Shown here: positions 58,429-64,000 of the stretch, in pieces
Layout: each line of letters starts with the position of its first letter
Position numbering within the stretch: the stretch's first letter is position 1
Assembly (NCBI GenBank): GCA_963834385.1
Contig: CAWIBO010000002.1
Span: forward strand, 608,001-672,000
Direction: 5' to 3'
DNA from: an uncultured Verrucomicrobiae bacterium
GTDB lineage: Bacteria > Verrucomicrobiota > Verrucomicrobiia > Chthoniobacterales > UBA10450
DNA length: 64,000 nt
The notes under the pieces: generated by a model
What the model was told of the DNA's origin: nothing
Databases searched by the model: none
What the model saw: the letters and a program-made list of their open reading frames with translations, nothing else
Program-made: the position numbers and the translations under genes

Positions 58429-59601
58429 CTACACCTCGAGAAATTTTTCGAGGCGCGAAAGCAGGCGGATGCCGGTTTTCGTCAGCACCACCACATCTTC
58501 CAGGCGAACACCGCCCAGCCCGGGATAATACAGGCCCGGTTCCACGGTGAGGGTCTGCCCTTCCTTGAAAACGGTTTTCTGAAAGCGCGGGTACTCATGG
58601 ATCTCGAGCCCGAGACCGTGGCCCGTCCCGTGGAAAAACCCGGTCTGGCGGCCCTGGCTCACCCGCGTGGGATAACCCTCGCGGGTGAAGAAGTCCTTGA
58701 TCTCATGGTGCAAGGCGAGGCCGTCGACACCCGGCTTCATTTTTTTCAGGCCGAGTTCCTGGCCGCGGCGCACGGTCTCCCAGAGCGCGCGCTGCTCCTC
58801 GCTCGCGCGTCCCCGCACCACCGTGCGGGTGAGGTCGCCATAGTAACCGGTGGCGGCATCGCGGGGGAACACATCCAGGATGATGAGCGAATTCGCCTTG
58901 AGCGGCCCCGAGCCTCTTTCATGGGGATCGCACGCCTGGTCGCCCCCGGCCACAATGGTGTTGGCCGGCAATCCACCGGCCCGCAGCACGGCGGAATCGA
59001 TCTCGGCCCGGAGAATCTCGGAGGTCAGCGTTTTGCCCTGCCAGGTCAGCCGGCGACCGCGCCCGATGCGGGACCGGCGCAGCACCTCGATCCCGCGGGC
59101 CATGCCGGTCTCGGTGATGATCAGGGCGCGCCGCATCAGCTTCTGTTCCTCCGCCGTCTTGGTCTCCCGTTCCGGCCAGAAGAGGCCGTCGACCGCCCGC
59201 AGCCGGATATTCCGCCGCTGCAGCCGCTGAGCGAACCCCAGCGGAAAAGTGGAAGGGACCAGGGCGGACCGGATACCCCGGCTTTGGAGGAAATGAGCCA
59301 GCACTTCCACGTAGGGCGGTGCCTTCCGGGCCGATCCCTGCACTTCGCTTTCGAAGCGCGAGTAGGGCAGCACCTGGTCGACCTCCGCCTGCCGCCGGCC
59401 GCGATCAATCTCGAGGTCGCTCAGGACAATCGTGCGGCGCCCTTTTTGTTCCAAAAAGATGAAGGGATCCGGCACAAAGAGGCGGGTCGCGTAAAGCATG
59501 TCCGGATCGGTCTCGCTTGCGGCGACGATCAGCCGGACGGGTGAGGCGGTCTTTTTTCTTGGCACGGTCACAGATGTAACGCGCCCGGCGGCCCTTGTCA
59601 T
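58429..59601 (-). CDS. Xaa-Pro aminopeptidase (M24 family)
   Basis: DPH, LDVFP..YYGDLTRT, HGTGHGLGLEIHE, TVEPGLY, RLED. Confidence 0.9.
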   Translation of the reverse strand: MTRAAGRVTSVTVPRKKTASPVRLIVAASETDPDMLYATRLFVPDPFIFLEQKGRRTIVLSDLEIDRGRRQAEVDQVLPYSRFESEVQGSARKAPPYVEVLAHFLQSRGIRSALVPSTFPLGFAQRLQRRNIRLRAVDGLFWPERETKTAEEQKLMRRALIITETGMARGIEVLRRSRIGRGRRLTWQGKTLTSEILRAEIDSAVLRAGGLPANTIVAGGDQACDPHERGSGPLKANSLIILDVFPRDAATGYYGDLTRTVVRGRASEEQRALWETVRRGQELGLKKMKPGVDGLALHHEIKDFFTREGYPTRVSQGRQTGFFHGTGHGLGLEIHEYPRFQKTVFKEGQTLTVEPGLYYPGLGGVRLEDVVVLTKTGIRLLSRLEKFLEV

Positions 59602-62600
59602 CAACTGCGGCGGACCTCGAGCTGGCGGCGCAGGACGTACTGCAGCAGAACAAGCGGCCCGAGCACGGACCCGAGGAGGACGAAAGTGTTGAAGGTGAAG
59701 ATTCCGATCTTGAAGGTCCGTTCCTTCCCGAACCACGTCCCAAGCGAGTAGGTCTTCTCGCTCCCGAAGAAAACGTTCGGTTCCCCGCCGCGGCGATAAT
59801 CCTTCTGCTCCATCTCCGCATTCGAGATCAGGTCGGAGATCTTCTGGTTCACGTAGAGGCGCTCCGCCGAAACCGGCCCGACCGCCTCCTCGAAAAGCTG
59901 GCGATCAAAGGCCCGTTCGCCGTCGAGAATCCGGTCGATGGTGACAAGATATGGTTCGATTTGCCGACCCGATTGCGCCTCCAGACCGAAGAGGATGGCG
60001 AGGATACCCTTCAGATCGTCAAGGCGCTGGGCCTGCTCCCGGCGGAGCTGGTTATCGGAGGCAATCCGGTCGATTTCGCGCTGGGCCCGTTCCTGCCGGC
60101 GGGTCAGGGGGTTTAACTTGGCATGGGCCACGATCATTTCCTCGTAGGACCAGCGCATGGCGATGAACTGGCAGACCAACGGCACCTCCAGCCGGCTGCT
60201 CATCTTTTTACCCTGTTCTTCCGTCGGGTTTTCGGAGAACCAGCGCGAAAAGGTGTAGATGAGCGCGAGGTTGCGGTTCATGTCCTCGTACTTGATCAGC
60301 GCGCCGCCCATGATGATCTGCGGAATCAGGACCAGGGGGACGATGTTGGCCGCCGTTTTCGGGTCGGCCACGAGTGAGGAGACCAGGAGGCCGAGCGAGA
60401 CGCCGCTCATGGCCGTGAGGAACATGATGGCCAGATCGATCCAGAACATGCCGCGGATCTGCAGGAGATAATTGCCGATCAGGACAAAGAGAACGCACTG
60501 GGCCAGGGCAAAGACCGCCAGGGAAACGGTTTTCGCGATGACGTAATAGGACAGACGCACATTCAGGTTGCGTTCCCGGTTCAGGACCGGCCGGTCGCGG
60601 ATGATATCGTCCGCGCTGTTCGTCAGCCCGAGGAACATGGCCACGATCAAGGCAAGAAAAAGATAGGTCGGGATATGGTAGGCCGAGGCAAAGTCGTATC
60701 TCCCGCTGTCGGAATAGCGCAGGATGGTGGCGATGAGCAGCGCCAGGACCGGGGCAACCCCGATGGTGATGCCGAGGTTGGCCCGGTTGCGCAGCTTGCT
60801 CATGAAAGCCCGCCGCATGAGCGTGCGGAATTGCGTCCACTCGTCGTGCCAGCGCACGGAACTGAGCCGCCGCTTCCTCGGCGCCGGCGCCGGCGCCTGC
60901 GTCATGGTGCTCTCGCGCCGGAGCGAGACCTGCTTCACATCCTGGATCAGCCGGAAGGCCTCGTATTTGTCGCGCCAGAACTCGGGGGAATAACGGCGGG
61001 CCGGGACCAGTTGCCCGCGATTGTTCTCCTCATAGATGATGTCGCCGCTGAGATCGCGCAAGGGCGTCTCCAGCACGTCAAAAATGAACTCGGGGCGGGT
61101 CGTGCCACAGGCGGGGCAGGCCCCGAGGTCCGCGCCGAACTGGTGCTGATGCTCCGCCTCCGCGAAATAGCGCAGCATCTCCGTGGGGGTGCCGAAGAAG
61201 ACCAGCCGCCCGCCCTTGTCGAGCAGGACCGCCTTGTGAAACATCTGGAAGAGTTTTGAGCTCGGCTGGTGAATGACGACGATAACAATCTTGTTGTGCG
61301 CCATCCCGCGGATGATCTCGATGACGTGCTCGGAATCCTTCGAGGAAAGACCTGAGGTCGGCTCGTCAAACAGGTAGATGTCGGAGGAGCCGATCATGTC
61401 GAGGCCGATATTGAGCCGTTTTCGCTCGCCGCCGCTGAGCGTTTTCTTGACCGGGCTGCCGACAATGCTGTCGCGGCGTTCGCTCAAGCCCAGCTCGATC
61501 AGCTTGCTGTCGAGACGCCGGTTCCGATCGCGGCGGGAAAGGTGGGGCGAGCGGATGGCGGCCGCGAAATGGAGGTTCTCCGCGATGGTCAGGTGCTCGT
61601 CGAAGGCGTCCTCCTGCGGGATGTAGCTGATGTAACGCTTCAGATCGTCGAGATTGCCATAAAGCGACTGTCCGTTCAGGAGGACCTGGCCGCCGCTGGG
61701 CTGCAATTGCCCGCCGACCACCTTCAGGAGCGTGCTTTTGCCCGAGCCGCTCGCGCCCATGACGCAGACCATTTCCCCGCGGCTCAAGGCCATGGAAATG
61801 CTGTCGAGACCCAGCTCGTTGTTGGAAAACCGGTGGCTGATGTCATTCAGCTCCAGGCTGCGGATGATGTTCCGCTCCTCCTCGATGATCCGCTCGGAAA
61901 AGTTGCAGCGAAGAAACTGGCCGACATCGATCCGGATGGTGTCGCCATCCGCGAGTGGGGCGGAGGTGCGCACCGAATTCTCCCCCACCATGATGGGCCG
62001 GTCGGCCTCGACCACTTCCAGCACCCCGATGCGCTGATCGTAGTCGCACGAGATCTTGAGCAGGACGTCGCCGCTCGTTCCCGGCGAAAGCAAAATGTCG
62101 TCCTCGCCGAGCAGGCTCGGATTGTTGGAAACCAGATACTCGGACTTGCTGGCCTTGAGCTGGAAACGGCCGCCGAGGGCGCGGGCGCGCCGCCGGAGAT
62201 CGAGCAGGTCCATTTCGCTGCCGCTCTTGAAGATGATCCGGTCGTCGAGGGTGGCTTCGACCTCGCGGCCCGAGCGCAGCTCGATGCCGTTGAGGCTGGC
62301 CGCCACCGGCCGCAGCGCTTTCACTTTGACCTTCAGGCCAAAGGTCACCTCGAGGGAACTCTCGCGCGAGCGTGAGCGCTCCAGTTCCACCTCGTCCGCG
62401 TCGCGGTTCACCCGCACGAAGATCTGCGGGAGCGAAACGTTCTTCTTGGCGTTGAAATAGGCCGCGAGTTCCTGGTAGGTCAGGACCTGGTCGCCCACGA
62501 GGATGCGCTGGCCGGGATAGATCCGGCAAAAGCCGCCGCGGGCCAGCGGACGGCCCCGCACGGAAACAGGCTGGTCACTGTAGTTCTTGAGCAGGATCAG

Positions 62601-63245
62601 GTCGTGATACCGGAAGGCGAGGAGCCGGTCGTTTCCCTGCAACGACTTGACCAGGACATCGGCGGCTCCATTCGGCCCGAAGGAGATCGACTCGAGCGGG
62701 GACGCGCCCCTTTGGTAGATCGAGGGATCGGATTCCTCGGAGGCATTCAGCTGGTAGACGATGTCGATCGCCTGCGCCGCCATGCCGAGCTGCGACATGA
62801 AAGAGTAGAACTGGACGACCTGTTCCTGCTTCAGTCCGGCCTGGGAAATCAGGTCGTAAAGCTGCACGCCGAGCATGATCTTGCGGTCGGCGCTCAATTG
62901 CGTGGCCAGCTTTTGCGCCATCGCGGAAAGATCCTGCTGCTCGTAGAGCGCCTGCCGGAAAAGCTTGCGCAGCTCGGAGTAAACCGCCTCCGGGTAGTCA
63001 TACCGCAGGAACCCGAGGCTCGAGTCGATCTCCTCCTCCAGCAGGACGCCATCCGCCTTGGAAAATCCGGCCAGCACCTGGATCAGGAGAGGGAGCAGAT
63101 TCGGGCTCTCGGAGACGCTCCGCGGTTTGCGCAAGGCGCGCCGAAGCAGGCGCCGGCCCGTGCGACGAAAGCGGTACGCCAGCGGCGTCACCTTCTGCAC
63201 AGCGCGGTCGATTCTGTCGGCGACGGTTGTGACCAGCTCAGTCAT
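59601..63245 (-). CDS. ABCG-type (NBD-TMD) transporter with N-terminal TerB-like and beta-rich (FHA-like) domains
   Basis: KADGVLLEEE TerB-like; GASGSGKS, LSGGERKR, DEPTSGL, IHQP; CPAC; ABC2-type TM region. Confidence 0.85.
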   Translation of the reverse strand: MTELVTTVADRIDRAVQKVTPLAYRFRRTGRRLLRRALRKPRSVSESPNLLPLLIQVLAGFSKADGVLLEEEIDSSLGFLRYDYPEAVYSELRKLFRQALYEQQDLSAMAQKLATQLSADRKIMLGVQLYDLISQAGLKQEQVVQFYSFMSQLGMAAQAIDIVYQLNASEESDPSIYQRGASPLESISFGPNGAADVLVKSLQGNDRLLAFRYHDLILLKNYSDQPVSVRGRPLARGGFCRIYPGQRILVGDQVLTYQELAAYFNAKKNVSLPQIFVRVNRDADEVELERSRSRESSLEVTFGLKVKVKALRPVAASLNGIELRSGREVEATLDDRIIFKSGSEMDLLDLRRRARALGGRFQLKASKSEYLVSNNPSLLGEDDILLSPGTSGDVLLKISCDYDQRIGVLEVVEADRPIMVGENSVRTSAPLADGDTIRIDVGQFLRCNFSERIIEEERNIIRSLELNDISHRFSNNELGLDSISMALSRGEMVCVMGASGSGKSTLLKVVGGQLQPSGGQVLLNGQSLYGNLDDLKRYISYIPQEDAFDEHLTIAENLHFAAAIRSPHLSRRDRNRRLDSKLIELGLSERRDSIVGSPVKKTLSGGERKRLNIGLDMIGSSDIYLFDEPTSGLSSKDSEHVIEIIRGMAHNKIVIVVIHQPSSKLFQMFHKAVLLDKGGRLVFFGTPTEMLRYFAEAEHQHQFGADLGACPACGTTRPEFIFDVLETPLRDLSGDIIYEENNRGQLVPARRYSPEFWRDKYEAFRLIQDVKQVSLRRESTMTQAPAPAPRKRRLSSVRWHDEWTQFRTLMRRAFMSKLRNRANLGITIGVAPVLALLIATILRYSDSGRYDFASAYHIPTYLFLALIVAMFLGLTNSADDIIRDRPVLNRERNLNVRLSYYVIAKTVSLAVFALAQCVLFVLIGNYLLQIRGMFWIDLAIMFLTAMSGVSLGLLVSSLVADPKTAANIVPLVLIPQIIMGGALIKYEDMNRNLALIYTFSRWFSENPTEEQGKKMSSRLEVPLVCQFIAMRWSYEEMIVAHAKLNPLTRRQERAQREIDRIASDNQLRREQAQRLDDLKGILAILFGLEAQSGRQIEPYLVTIDRILDGERAFDRQLFEEAVGPVSAERLYVNQKISDLISNAEMEQKDYRRGGEPNVFFGSEKTYSLGTWFGKERTFKIGIFTFNTFVLLGSVLGPLVLLQYVLRRQLEVRRS

Positions 63246-63419
63246 GGATCAGGGCAGGCAAGGTTACCGCATGCGGGCTCTCCCGGCAACGAAGGGGCCA
63301 CCTGCGCCACCGCCACGAACTTCGCCCGCAGCCCCTCTCCGGCGCGCCCCCTGCTCTTTGCAATGGCAAACCCCGCATGTTAGCGTTTCCGACTCGCCCG
63401 TTACCGGGCCCCAACTGCC

Positions 63420-64000
63420 ATGGCATCACCCGATCGTAATTCCCCGAAAGAGAACCGGCCCCGCGGCTCCGAGCCCAGTTTCAACTGGCGCGGCGTCATC
63501 CTTGTCGCCATCGCCATCGGCCTTTTCGCGCTTGCCCTGCTCGTCCGCAACAGTGGCTCGGTCAACCAGGAGGTTCTGCCTTACAACCGTTTCCTCGAGC
63601 TGCTGGAGAACAAGCAGATCGTCAACGATCCGGCCAAGCCGCTCCAGCTCGTGGTCGAGGAAGGCCGCCCGGTCCAGTCCTTGCGCGGCGAATACATCAA
63701 GCAGGGGAGCAGTTCCGCCCCCTCCCAGCAGGTGCCTTTCCGCACCGTGGTTTACCTCAATTTCACCTCCGACCTCGAGGAACGTCTCGCCAGCGCCGGC
63801 ATCCAGCCAAACATCATCGTCGAGTCCACCAGCGTCATCACCCAGACCCTGATGAGCTTCCTGCCCATCGCGCTCTTCCTTCTCGTGCTCTACTTCCTTT
63901 TCCGGCAGCAGATCCGGATGGCCGGCAAGGGAGCGCTCAACTTCGGCAAATCGAAGGCGCGCATGCTCGCCCGCGACAAAAACAAGATCACCTTCCGTGA
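63420..64000 (+). CDS. ftsH: FtsH AAA+ metalloprotease (N-terminal part, truncated by window)
   Basis: Not in the ORF track. MASPDRNSPK..FNWRG TM, periplasmic domain, second TM, then RQQIRMAGKGALNFGKSKARML...ITF. Confidence 0.9.
   Translation, partial: MASPDRNSPKENRPRGSEPSFNWRGVILVAIAIGLFALALLVRNSGSVNQEVLPYNRFLELLENKQIVNDPAKPLQLVVEEGRPVQSLRGEYIKQGSSSAPSQQVPFRTVVYLNFTSDLEERLASAGIQPNIIVESTSVITQTLMSFLPIALFLLVLYFLFRQQIRMAGKGALNFGKSKARMLARDKNKITFR

Overview
High-GC bacterial chromosomal window, most consistent with Verrucomicrobiota (Chthoniobacterales-like). This is inferred from a Verru_Chthon-type pilin cassette, a PVC-type UvrB/C-motif protein and the ACIII-oxidase gene layout. In order: partial mraZ with 10-bp-periodic GTGG operator boxes; an exbB-exbD-tonB-like operon with guaB; fabF; a 5-gene operon (TPR/MshEN-like protein, PilB, repeat+roadblock protein, MglA, MglB) divergent from a lower-GC minor-pilin cassette; xerD; orphan nuoA; GT4 and rfbA; a ~20 kb respiratory cluster (ActABCDEF(G), CcoNOP-like module, TrxR-like flavoprotein, A1-type aa3 oxidase, CtaA/CtaB/SCO); ada; kamA; degP; a standalone BLUF; a kinase-MurQ fusion; ligA; rpoE/anti-sigma/HtrA-like; a TerB-ABCG fusion; partial ftsH. 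Most notable: (1) the CcoN homolog has lost all three CuB His and the heme b3 His but keeps both low-spin heme b His, suggesting a non-catalytic electron-transfer subunit between ACIII and the aa3 oxidase; (2) the HtrA homolog after rpoE/anti-sigma has lost its whole catalytic triad; (3) an MglAB polarity module is co-transcribed with a pilus ATPase. Many +1 insertions between ~25 and 55 kb, including in essential ligA, look like uncorrected read errors rather than pseudogenes. All calls come from motif recognition by eye; no searches were run.
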